A DNA stretch of 64,000 bases. Origin: Octopus sinensis. Taxonomy: Eukaryota. The translations under genes were made by a program, and so were the position numbers. This document shows, piece by piece, positions 27,101 through 39,622 of the stretch. The notes below the pieces were generated by a model, which saw only the letters and a list, made by a program, of their open reading frames with translations, searched no databases and was not told the origin of the DNA. The stretch lies in assembly GCF_006345805.1 (NCBI RefSeq), contig NC_043002.1, positions 26,412,001 through 26,476,000 of the forward strand, given 5' to 3'. How positions within the stretch are numbered: the first letter of the stretch is position 1; every line of letters starts with the position of its first letter.

Positions 27101-28264
27101 ACCCCCTTTTTTACCCCCGAAAGAAAAGCTCTACCTTGTAATCTGTCCTGTCTGTGTGCAGCCCTGTGTGGCTAATAAAGAAACATATCTATCTATCTAT
27201 TTGTCTGTCTGTCTCTTTGCCTGTTTTTCCTTCTCTCTGTCTGTCTGTCTGTTTATGCATGCATGTATGTATAAATATTTGGACTTGAACTGAGAGTGGG
27301 TGGTGACGTTTTCTGAATGATATAAACACATAAATACATATATACATACATACTTACATACATACACACACACATACATACATACATACATACATAATAC
27401 ACACACACATGCATACATACATACATACATACATACATACATACATACATACATACATACATACATGCATAAATACATACATACATACATACATACTCAT
27501 AAACATACATTTAATAACTGTTGTACTTGTAAAGATATTGAAGTTAAAGCTGAAATACATAAAAATAATATGTGTATTTGTGTGTGACTGTGTGTGTGTG
27601 TGTGTGTGTGTGTGTGAGTGAGTGAGTGAGTGAGTAGGCAGTTATATCGAAGTTTTAAATATGCAGCCTTAAACGGAGTAATGAGGGCCATACAGCTGAA
27701 ACTTCGAAGTAACCGACAAACTTTTGCTCCTAGAAGTGAAAATTATTTCATGTTGAAAGGTGTTGAATGATCCTTTATGTTAATACTTGACTGTTGTTAT
27801 ATATATATATATATGCGTGAATATATATACAGACGCACACGCACACATACATACACATAAATACTTATGCACACACACACATATGTAAGTAATGTTTATA
27901 CATGAGACTTTTGAGATCTATAGAACCATATCTAGGTAAGAATGTAATGGAATATTTCATATTGACAACTTATAAGTGTAAATTTCATCTCTCGTTTTTA
28001 TATTCCCTGAAGCTTATATTTGGATGAGACCATATTTTTACGTCATTAATTCGACCGGCCTCCAGATATTCATGTAGTACGTACTGATAAAGCATTATAT
28101 CGATGTATTTGGGATTTTCACATCTTCCGCTGTGTGACATTTTAAGTGCATATTCTTCAGTAATCGCCAGAATTATTTCTGCAAGTACAATATAATGAGA
28201 ATTTGCCGATCGTTGGCTTCAGTAGTTGACTGAATGAAAAGGTGTCAGAAAAGTTATATGTTAC

Positions 28265-28368
<104 letters not shown>

Positions 28369-29467
28369 TACATATCCATACACAGTATCTATGCATATAC
28401 ATACAACACAGTGGCACACATATCTATATGTTGATGTAGTATGAAACTATTTATCCGAAATTTGATAGTCGAAAAATGTTTCTATTGTCTTCGTTGTGTG
28501 CAGATAGTCTTCAGTGAAATTGGTTTTAGGCTTTTAAACATGAAATTATTATTAAATGATGTAATTAGATCATATGAAAATACTTCTTATGTTAATATAT
28601 TATCTTATTCTACAAAAAAAAAACATCTTTTTCAAATCGCATTTCCCACAAAAGAAATATACCACTTTCCTTTCTACGCGATCATTTTAGCAAAGACTAT
28701 GACTGCGATTTCAAATAGAAGCAAATACATCACTTGTTATCTATTCTCAAGCGGTCATGCAAATCGATTGTAGCACCTGAATCACATATCCACTATTAAT
28801 AGATTGAATTTTTCTGACTGTTTCAGAACATTCTACCTTACAATAACCAACTACTTATTTAATCCCGCACGCTATTATTTTTTTTACAATACTTTTCTTT
28901 CCTCCATCGAAAGGCGATAAAAATCTGTGGATCCTATACTAATTATTTTTCTCGCCCTTAATCAAGTCCCTCCTAGATCGCCTACGATCTTACATCCTCA
29001 ATGTCATGTTATCAACTCATTGCCAAAACAACTTATCAATTAGGCAGTAAGTATTTTGTAAATCTATTTCACTTTTTTGCTCGCACTCGCTCCATCTTAA
29101 TATATTGTATTGCATCCAATCCCTGCAGTGCAATGTCCTTAATCGGAACAGATCATGAATTCTGCATCAAGACTAAACGCGAACTTTAACTGTGATCCAA
29201 TAGCCTTACTTGTTTTACCATTCGATTGGCTACATTTTAGAAAGTGTATTTATCCTCGGACTTTCGTCCAAATTATGTTTGATGCATTCAAACCATGAGT
29301 ATATACTTCACCTTCCTTTTATTTTTGCCTTCCAAGCAAACTCATTTCACGCTTTTTATTATTGATGATGTTGTGTGGGTTCTAGTTGCTTGAATTTTAC
29401 TGCCTACATGCATTTGTAATTATGCACGCGTATATGTACTCTGCATGGGTCAATATTATATGCATTT

Positions 29468-29690
29468 AAAGGCGGTGAGCTGGCAGAATCGGTAGAATGG
29501 TGGGCGAAATGCTTAGCAGTATTTCGTCTGTCATTACGTTCAAACTCTGCCGAGATCGACTTTGCCTTTCATCCTTTCGGGGTCGATAAATTAAGTACCA
29601 GTTGCGTACTGGGGTCGATCTAACCGACTGGTGCTCTCCCCCCACCCAAAATGTCGGGCCTTGTGCCTAAAGTAGAAGAGAATATTGTAT
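29468..29690 (+). mobile_element. tRNA-derived SINE (GGCGGTGAGCTGGCAGAA family)
   Basis: Same family as 47030-47445; shared core GACTTTGCCTTTCATCCTTTCGGGGTCGATAAATTAAGTACCAG. Confidence 0.85.
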
Positions 29691-29758
29691 GAATTTAGTG
29701 TATTTGTTATTATTATGTATGTATACATACATACATATATATATGTATATATATATAT

Positions 29759-32700
29759 ATTAACAATTAAGGAACGGCCATAATAGGCCATTCACCCACT
29801 AGAAATAACAGCCAAAGCTTCTACCGCAAATAAAGATTAATTCCGTAAACAGGAGAAAATTAAAAAAACATTTACCCTGTAATTCTTGTACGGTATACCG
29901 TTTCATCCGCTGTTTAATGGTAAACTAACCTGATTAAATTAAATCAAGCCAATCTTCCATAAGCCCTCGGATTCTTCAGCAAGAAATAGCTCAAGTCGGA
30001 ACAGATATTTACACGAGGCATACCCTATCTTGCCAAGTCAATATCTGACCTAAAATTTTCAAATCGTCGCACTCGCGCCAAATTTATCGGCAGCAAATAA
30101 ATATCAGCCGTCGATTCCATTACGGAATTAACCAAAAAATTCATAATTAATCAATATAGGGTGGCAAGGAAAATTTTGTAGAATTTTTTGCCACCAGCGG
30201 CCCAGTGGGAAAAAATTAAATAGTCATAGACCATTTTTAAGTCAACATTAACAATTAAGGAACGGCCATAATAGGCATTCACCCATAGAAATAACAGCAA
30301 AGCTTCTACCTCACCGCAAATAAAGATTAATTCCGTAAACAGAGAAAATTAAAAAAACATTTACCCTGTAATTCTTGTACGGTATACCGTTTCATCCGCT
30401 GTTTAATGGTAAACTAACCTGATTAAATTAAATCACGCCAATCTTCCATAAGCCCTCGGATTCTTCAGCAAGAAATAGCTCAAGTCGGAACAGATATTTA
30501 CACGAGCATACCCTATCTGCCAGTCAATATCTGACCTAAAATTTTCAAATCGTCGCACTCGCGCCAAATTTATCGGCAGCAAATAAATATCAGCCGTCGA
30601 TTCCATTACGGAATTACCAAAAAATTCATAATTAATCAATATAGGGTGCAAGGAAAATTTTGTAGAATTTTATTGCCACCACGGCCCAGGGGGAAAAAAT
30701 TAAATAGTCATAGACATTTTTAAGTCAACATTCAATTAAGGAACGGCCAATATAGGCCATTCACCCACTAAAATAACAGCCAAAGCTTCTACCGCAAATA
30801 GATTAATTCCGTAACAGGAGAAAATTAAAAAAACATTTACCCTGTAATTTCTTGTACGTATACCGTTTCATCCGCTGTTTAATGGTAAACTAACCTGATT
30901 AAATTAAATCAAGCCAATCTTCCATAAGCCCTCGGATTCTTCAGCAAGAAATAGCTCAAGTCGGAACAGATATTTACACGAGCATACCCTATCTTGCCAA
31001 GTCATATCTGACCTAAAATTTTCAAATCGTCGCACTCGCGCCAAATTTACGGCAGCAAATAAATATCAGCCGTCGATTCCATTACGGAATAACCAAAAAA
31101 TTCATAATTAATCAATATAGGGTGGCAAGGAAAATTTTGTAGAATTTTATTGCCACCAGCGGCCCAGTGGAAAAAATTAAATAGTCATAGACCATTTTTA
31201 AGTTCAACATTAACAATTAAGGAACGGCCATAATAGGCCATTCACCCCTAGAAATAACAGCCAAAGTTCTATCTACCGCAAATAAAGATTAATTCCGTAA
31301 ACAGGAGAAAATTAAAAAAACTTTACCCTGTAATTTCTTGTACGTATACCGTTTCACCGTTTTCATCCGCTGTTTAATGGTAAACTAACCTGATTAAATT
31401 AAATCAAGCCAATCTTCCATAAGCCCTCGGATTCTTCAGCAAGAAATAGCTCAAGTCGGAACAGATATTACACGAGGCATACCCATCCTCTTGCCAAGTC
31501 AATATCTGACCTAAAATTTTCAAATCGTCGCACTCGCGCCAAATTTATCGGCAGCAATAAATATCAGCCGTCGATTCCTTACGGAATTAACCAAAAAATT
31601 CATAATTAATCAATATAGGGTGGCAAGGAAAATTTTGTAGAATTTTATTGCCACCAGCGGCCCAGTGGGAAAAAATTAAATAGTCATAGACCATTTTTAG
31701 TTCAACATTAACAATTAAGGAACGGCCATAATAGGCCATTCACCCACTAGAAATAACAGCCAAAGCTTCTACCGCAAATAAGATTAATTCCGTAAACAGG
31801 AGAAAATTAAAAAAACATTTACCCTGTAATTTCTTGTACGGTATACCTACCGTTCACGCTGTTTAATGGTAAACTAACCTGATTAAATTAAATCAAGCCA
31901 ATCTTCCATAAGCCCTCGGATTCTTCAGCAAGAAATAGCTCAAGTCGGAACAGATATTTACACGAGGCATACCCTATCTTGCCAAGTCATATCTGACCTA
32001 AAATTTTCAAATCGTCGCACTCGCGCCAATTTATCGGCAGCAAATAAATATCAGCCGTCGATTCCATTACGGATTAACCAAAATTATCATAATTAATCAT
32101 ATGGGTGGCAAGGAAAATTTTGTAGAATTTTATTGCCACCAGCGGCCCAGTGGGAAAAAATTAAATAGTCATAGACCATTTTTAAGTTCAACATTAACAA
32201 TTAAGGAACGGCCATAATAGGCCATTCACCCACTAGAAATAACAGCCCAGCTTCTACCGCAATAAAGATTAATTCCGTAAACAGGAGAAAATTAAAAAAA
32301 CATTTACCCTGTAATTTCTTGTACGGTATACCGTTTCATCCGCTGTTTAATGGTAAACTAACCTGATTAAATTAATCAAAGCCCAATCTTCCATAAGCCC
32401 TCGGATTCTTCAGCAGAAATAGCTCAAGTCGGAACAGATATTTACACGAGGCATACCCTATCTTGCCAAGTCAATATCTGACCTAAAATTTTCAAATCGT
32501 CGCACTCGCGCCAAATTTATCGGCAGCAAATAAATATCAGCCGTCGATTCCATTACGGAATTAACCAAAAAATCATAATTAATCAATATGGGGGCAAGGA
32601 AAATTTTGTAGAATTTTATTGCCACCAGCGGCCCAGTGGGAAAAAATTAAATAGTCATAGACCATTTTTAAGTTCAACATTAACAATTAAGGAACGGCCA

Positions 32701-35498
32701 TAATAGGCCATTCACCCACTAGAAATAACAGCCAAAGCTTCTACCGCAAATAAAGATTAATTCCGTAAACAGGAGAAAATTAAAAAAACATTTACCCTGT
32801 AATTTCTTGTACGGTATACCGTTTCATCCGCTGTTTAATGGTAAACTAACCTGATTAAATTAAATCAAGCCAATCTTCCATAAGCCCTCGATTCTTCAGC
32901 AAGAAATAGCTCAAGTCGGAACAGATATTTACACGAGGCATACCCTATCTTGCCAAGTCAATATCTGACCTAAAATTTTCAAATCGTCGCACTCGCGCCA
33001 AATTTATCGGCAGCAAATAAATATCAGCCGTCGATTCCATTACGGAATTAACCAAAAAATTCATAATTAATCAATATAGGGTGGCAAGGAAAATTTTGTA
33101 GAATTTTATTGCCACCAGCGGCCCAGTGGGAAAAAATTAAATAGTCATAGACCATTTTTAAGTTCAACATTAACAATTAAGGAACGGCCATAATAGGCCA
33201 TTCACCCACTAGAAATAACAGCCAAAGCTTCTACCGCAAATAAAGATTAATTCCGTAAACAGGAGAAAATTAAAAAAACATTTACCCTGTAATTTCTTGT
33301 ACGGTATACCGTTTCATCCGCTGTTTAATGGTAAACTAACCTGATTAAATTAAATCAAGCCAATCTTCCATAAGCCCTCGGATTCTTCAGCAAGAAATAG
33401 CTCAAGTCGGAACAGATATTTACACGAGGCATACCCTATCTTGCCAAGTCAATATCTGACCTAAAATTTTCAAATCGTCGCACTCGCGCCAAATTTATCG
33501 GCAGCAATAAATATCAGCCGTCGATTCCATTACGGAATTAACCAAAAAATTCATAATTAATCAATATAGGGTGGCAAGGAAAATTTTGTAGAATTTTATT
33601 GCCACCAGCGCCCAGTGGGAAAAAATTAAATAGTCATAGACCATTTTTAAGTTCAACATTAACAATTAAGGAACGGCCATAATAGGCCATTCACCCACTA
33701 GAAATAACAGCCAAAGCTTCTACTACGCAAATAAAGATTAATTCCGTAAACAGGAGAAAATTAAAAAAACATTTACCCTGTAATTTCTTGTACGGTATAC
33801 CGTTTCATCCGCTGTTTAATGGTAAACTAACATGATTAAATTAAATCAAGCCAATCTTCCATAAGCCCTCGGATTCTTCAGCAAGAATAGCTCAAGTCGG
33901 AACAGATATTTACACGAGGCATACCCTATCTTGCCAAGTCAATATCTGACCTAAAATTTTCAAATCGTCGCACTCGCGCCAAATTTATCGGCAGCAAATA
34001 AATATCAGCCGTCGATTCCATTACGGAATTAACCAAAAAATTCATAATTAATCAATATAGGGTGGCAAGGAAAATTTTGTAGAATTTTATTGCCACCAGC
34101 GGCCCAGTGGGAAAAAATTAAATAGTCATAGACCATTTTTAAGTTCAACATTAACAATTAAGGAACGGCCATAATAGGCCATTCACCCACTAGAAATAAC
34201 AGCCAAAGCTTCTACCGCAAATAAAGATTAATTCCGTAAACAGGAGAAAATTAAAAAAACATTTACCCTGTAATTTCTTGTACGGTATACCGTTTCATCC
34301 GCTGTTAATGGTAAACTAACCTGATTAATTAAATCAGCAAGCCAATCTTCCATAAGCCCTCGGATTCTTCAGCAAGAAATAGCTCAAGTCGGAACAGATA
34401 TTTACACGAGGCATACCCTATCTTGCCAAGTCAATATCTGACCTAAAATTTTCAAATCGTCGCACTCGCGCCAAATTTATCGGCAGCAAATAAATATCAG
34501 CCGTCGATTCCATTACGGAATTAACCAAAAAATTCATAATTAATCAATATAGGGTGGCAAGGAAAATTTTGTAGAATTTTATTGCCACCAGCGGCCCAGT
34601 GGGAAAAAATTAAATAGTCATAGACCATTTTTAAGTTCAACATTAAATTAAGGAACGGCCATAATAGGCCATTCACCCACTAGAAATAACAGCCAAAGCT
34701 TCTACCGCAAATAAAGATTAATTCCGTAAACAGGAGAAAATTAAAAAAAACATTTACCCTGTAATTTCTTGTACGGTATACCGTTTCATCCGCTGTTTAA
34801 TGGTAAACTAACCTGATTAAATTAAATCAAGCCAATCTTCCATAAGCCCTCGGATTTTTCAGCAAGAAATAGCTCAAGTCGGAACAGATATTTACACGAG
34901 GCATACCCTATCTTGCCAAGTCAATATCTGACCTAAAATTTTCAAATCGTCGCACTCGCGCCAAATTTATCGGCAGCAAATAAATATCAGCCGTCGATTC
35001 CATTACGGAATTAACCAAAAAATTCATAATTAATCAATATAGGGTGGCAAGGAAAATTTTGTAGATTTTATTGCCACCAGCGGCCCAGTGGGAAAAAATT
35101 AAATAGTCATAGACCATTTTTAAGTTCAACATTAACAATTAAGGAACGGCCATATAGGCCATTCACCCACTAGAAATAACAGCCAAAGCTTCTACCGCAA
35201 TAAAGATTAATTCCGTAAACAGGAGAAAATTAAAAAAACATTTACCCTGTAATTTCTTGTACGGTATACCCGTTTTCATCCGCTGTTTAATGGTAAACTA
35301 ACCTGATTAAATTAAATCAAGCCAATCTTCCATAAGCCCTCGGATTCTTCAGCAAGAAATAGCTCAAGTCGGAACAGATATTTACACGAGGCATACCCTA
35401 TCTTGCCAAGTCAATATCTGACCTAAAATTTTCAAATCGTCGCACTCGCGCCAAATTTATCGGCAGCAAATAAATATCAGCCGTCGATTCCATTACGG
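29759..35498 (-). repeat. Left arm of ~490-bp tandem array, ~11.7 units; ribozyme-sense strand is minus
   Basis: Marker GGAACGGCCA recurs at 29771, 30259, 30740, 31221, 31719, 32205, 32691, 33181, 33670, 34162, 34652 and 35143 (period 490 in the cleanest copies). Copies differ almost only by 1-nt indels. Confidence 0.98.
33292..33398 (-). ncRNA. Type I hammerhead ribozyme, representative copy in left arm (12 copies, some with indels)
   Basis: Reverse complement of the 37388-37494 motif. Confidence 0.9.
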
Positions 35499-38400
35499 TA
35501 TACCGTACAAGAAATACCGTATACAAGAAATTACGGGGTAAATGTTTTTTTAATTTTCTCCTGTTTACGGAATTAATCTTTATTTGCGTAGAAGCTTTGG
35601 CTGTTATTTCTAGTGGGTGAATGGCCTATTATGGCCGTTTCCTTATTTTAATGTGAACTAAAAATGGTCTATGACTATTTAATTTTTTCCCACTGGGCCG
35701 CTGGTGGCAATAAAATTCTACAAAATTTTCCTTGCCACCCTATATTGATTAATTATGAATTTTTTGGTTAATTCCGTAATGGAATCGACGGCTGATATTT
35801 ATTTGCTGCCGATAAATTTGGCGCGAGTGCGACGATTTGAAAATTTAGTCAGATATTGACTTGGCAAGATAGGGTATGCCTGCGTGTAAATATCTGTTCC
35901 GACTTGAGCTATTTTTGCTGAAGAATCCGAGGGCTTATGGAAGATTGGCTTGATTTAATTTAATCAGGTTATTTACCATTAACAGCGGATGAAACGGTAT
36001 ACCGTACAAGAAATTACAGGGTAAATGTTTTTTTAATTTTCTCCTGTTTACGGAATTAATCTTTATTGGCGGTAGAAGCTTTGGCTGTTATTTCTAGTGG
36101 GTGAATGGCCTATTATGGCCGTTCCTTAATTGTTAATGTTGAACTTAAAAATGGTCTATGACTATTTAATTTTTTCCCACTGGGCCGCTGGTGGCAATAA
36201 AATTCTACAAAATTTTCCTTGCCACCCTATATGATTAATTATGAATTTTTTGGTTAATTCCGTAATGGAATCGACGGCTGATATTTATTTGCTGCCGATA
36301 AATTTGGCGCGAGTGCGACGATTTGAAAATTTTAGGTCAGATATTGACTTGGCAAGATAGGGTATGCCTCGTGTAAATATCTGTTCCGACTTGAGCTATT
36401 TCTTGCTGAAGAATCCGAGGGCTTATGGAAGATTGGCTTGATTTAATTTAATCAGGTTAGTTACCATAAACAGCGGATGAAACGGTATACCGTACAAGAA
36501 ATTACAGGGTAAATGTTTTTTTAATTTTCTCCTGTTTACGGAATTAATCTTATTTGCGGTAGAAGCTTGGCTGTTATTTCTAGTGGGTGAATGGCCTATT
36601 ATGGCCGTTCCTTAATTGTTAATGTTGAACTAAAAATGGTCTATGACTATTTAATTTTTTCCCACTGGGCCGCTGGTGGCAATAAAATTCTACAAAATTT
36701 TCCTTGCCACCCTATATTGATAATTATGAATTTTTTGGTTAATTCCGTAATGGAATCGACGGCTGATATTTATTTGCTGCCGATAAATTTGGCGCGAGTG
36801 CGACGATTTGAAAATTTTAGGTCAGATATTGACTTGGCAAGATAGGGTATGCCTCGTGTAAATATCTGTTCCGACTTGAGCTATTTCTTGCTGAAGAATC
36901 CGAGGGCTTATGGAAGATTGGCTTGATTTAATTTAATCAGGTTAGTTTACCATTAAACAGCGGATGAAACGGTATACCGTACAAGAAATACCGTACAAAA
37001 ATTACGGGGTAAAGTTTTTTTAATTTTCTCCTGTTTACGGAATTAATCTTTATTTGCGGTAGAAGCTTTGGCTGTTATTTCTAGTGGGTGAATGGCCTAT
37101 TATGGCCGTTCCTTAATTGTTAATGTTGAACTTAAAAATGGTCTATGACTATTTAATTTTTTCCCACTGGGCCGCTGGTGGCAATAAAATTCTACAAAAT
37201 TTTCCTTGCCACCCTATATTGATTAATTATGAATTTTTTGGTTAATCCGTAATGGAATCGACGGCTGATATTTATTTGCTGCCGATAAATAAATTGGCGC
37301 GAGTGCGGACGATTTGAAAATTTTAGGTCAGATATTGACTTGGCAGATAGGGTATGCCTCGTGTAAATATCTGTTCCGACTTGAGCTATTTCTTGCTGAA
37401 GAATCCGAGGGCTTATGGAAGATTGGCTTGATTTAATTTAATCAGGTTAGTTTACCATTAAACAGCGGATGAAACGGTATACCGTACAAGAAATTACAGG
37501 GTAAATGTTTTTTTAATTTTCTCCTGTTTACGGAATTAATCTTTATTTGCGTAGAAGCTTTGGCTGTTATTTCTAGTGGGTGAATGGCCTATTATGGCCG
37601 TTCCTTAATTGTTAATGTTGAACTTAAAAATGGTCTATGACTATTTAATTTTTTCCCACTGGGCCGCTGGTGGCAATAAAATTCTACAAAATTTTCCTTG
37701 CCACCCTATATTGATTAATTATGAATTTTTTGGTTAATTCCGTAATGGAATCGACGGCTGATTTATTTGCTGCCGATAATTTGGCGCGAGTGCGACGATT
37801 TGAAAATTTTAGGTCAGATATTGACTTGGCAAGATAGGGTATGCCTCGTGTAAATATCTGTTCCGACTTGAGCTATTTCTTGCTGAAGAATCCGAGGCTT
37901 ATGGAAGATTGGCTTGATTTAATTTAATCAGGTTAGTTTACCATTAAACAGCGGATGAACGGTATACCGTACAAGAATTACAGGGTAAATGTTTTTTTAA
38001 TTTTCTCCTGTTTACGGAATTAATCTTATTTGCGGTAGAAGCTTTGGCTGTTATTTCTAGTGGGTGAATGGCCTATTATGGCCGTTCCTTAATTGTTAAT
38101 GTTGAACTTAAAAATGGTCTATGACTATTTAATTTTTTCCCACTGGCCGCTGGTGGCAATAAAATTCTACAAAATTTTCCTTGCCACCCTATATTGATAA
38201 TTATGAATTTTTTGGTTAATTCCGTAATGGAATCGACGGCTGATATTATTTGCTGCCGATAAATTTGGCGCGAGTGCGACGATTTGAAAATTTTAGGTCA
38301 GATATTGACTTGGCAAGATAGGGTATGCTCGTGTAAATATCTGTTCCGACTTGAGCTATTTCTTGTCTGAAGAATCCGAGGGCTTATGGAATTGGCTTGA

Positions 38401-39173
38401 TTTAATTTAATCAGGTTAGTTTACCATTAAACAGCGGATGAAACGGTATACCGTACAAGAAATTACAGGGTAAATGTTTTTTTAATTTTCTCCTGTTTAC
38501 GGAATTAATCTTTATTTGCGGTAGAAGCTTTGGCTGTTATTTCTAGTGGGTGAATGGCCTATTATGGCCGTTCCTTAATTGTTAATGTTGAACTTAAAAA
38601 TGGTCTATGACTATTTAATTTTTTCCCACTGGGCCGCTGGTGGCAATAAAATTCTACAAAATTTTCCTTACCCTATATTGATTAATATGAATTTTTTGGT
38701 TAATTCCGTAATGGAATCGACGGCTGATATTTATTTGCTGCCGATAAATTTGGCGCGAGTGCGACGATTTGAAAATTTTAGGTCAGATATTGACTTGGCA
38801 AGATAGGGTATGCCTCGTGTAAATATCTGTTCCGACTTGAGCTATTTCTTGCTGAAGAATCCGAGGGCTTATGGAAGATTGGCTTGATTTAATTTAATCA
38901 GGTTAGTTTACCATTAAACAGCGGATGAAACGGTAACCGTACAAGAAATAAACAGGGTAAATGTTTTTTTAATTTTCTCCTGTTTACGGAATTAATCTTT
39001 ATTTGCGGTAGAAGCTTTGGCTGTTATTTCTAGTGGGTGAATGGCCTATTATGGCCGTTCCTAATTGTTAATGTTGAACTTAAAAATGGTCTATGACTAT
39101 TTAATTTTTTCCCACTGGGCCGCTGGTGGCAATAAAATTCTACAAAATTTTCCTTGCCCCCTATTTGATTAAT

Positions 39174-39178
<5 letters not shown>
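35495..39178 (+). repeat. Right arm of the same array, inverted, ~7.5 units; ribozyme-sense strand is plus
   Basis: The reverse-complement marker (TGGCCGTT) recurs 8 times, near 35632, 36116, 36602, 37103, 37595, 38079, 38565 and 39052. The arm ends in (TA)n at ~39180. Confidence 0.98.
37388..37494 (+). ncRNA. Type I hammerhead ribozyme, representative copy in right arm (7 full-length copies in this arm, some with indels)
   Basis: Stem I ATTTCTTG (37388-95)/CAAGAAAT (37487-94); core CTGAAGA (37396-402); stem II ATCCG (37403-07)/CGGAT (37466-70); GAAA (37471-74); stem III A-CGGTATACCG-T; predicted cleavage after GTA at 37486. Confidence 0.9.
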
Positions 39179-39206
<28 letters not shown>

Positions 39207-39622
39207 TTCTCTTTTATTTTTTCGTTTTTATTCTCTTTATTTGTTTCAGTCATTTGACTGCGGCATTGCTGGAGCACCGCCTTTAGTCGAGTGAATCTAC
39301 CCCAGGACTTATTCTTTATAAGCGTAGTACTTATCCAATCGGTTCATTTGCCGAACCGCTAAGTTACGGGGATGTAAACACACCAGCATCGGTTGTCAAG
39401 CGATGTTGGGCAGGGGGGGGATCAATCACAAACACATAAACAAAAACACACACACTCACACACATTCATATATATATGACGGTCTTCTTTCAGTTTCCCT
39501 CTACCAAATCTGCTCACAAGGCTTTGATCGTCCCGAGGCTATAGTAGAAAACACTTTCTCAAGTTGCCATATATATACATATAGTACAGGTATATCAAGT
39601 ATCATATAAAGTAAATTCTCAG

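Noticed and set aside
28440-29340. Possible old DNA-transposon coding remnant
   Set aside because: No unambiguous catalytic motif recognised.
32757-33051. TTAA-flanked 8-bp inverted repeat as a piggyBac-like MITE
   Set aside because: The termini are not CCY...RGG and the segment cuts across the unit; it is better explained as an RNA helix of the monomer.
35143-35900. Simple missed-adapter palindrome artefact
   Set aside because: The junction is asymmetric in unit phase, arm lengths differ and the outer flanks are unrelated. Other chimera types are not excluded and are listed as refutation tests.
36591-38806. 75-84 aa ORFs in the array (MAYYGRSLIV...)
   Set aside because: They exist only in copies with indels; the clean unit stops after MAYYGRSLIVNVELKNGL. 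There is no evidence the unit is coding.
29759-39178. CRISPR array, or a viroid-like element with ribozymes on both strands
   Set aside because: There are no variable spacers and no cas genes. The opposite strand has only CTGATTA and CTGACCT, so no second hammerhead core; other ribozyme classes were not assessed.
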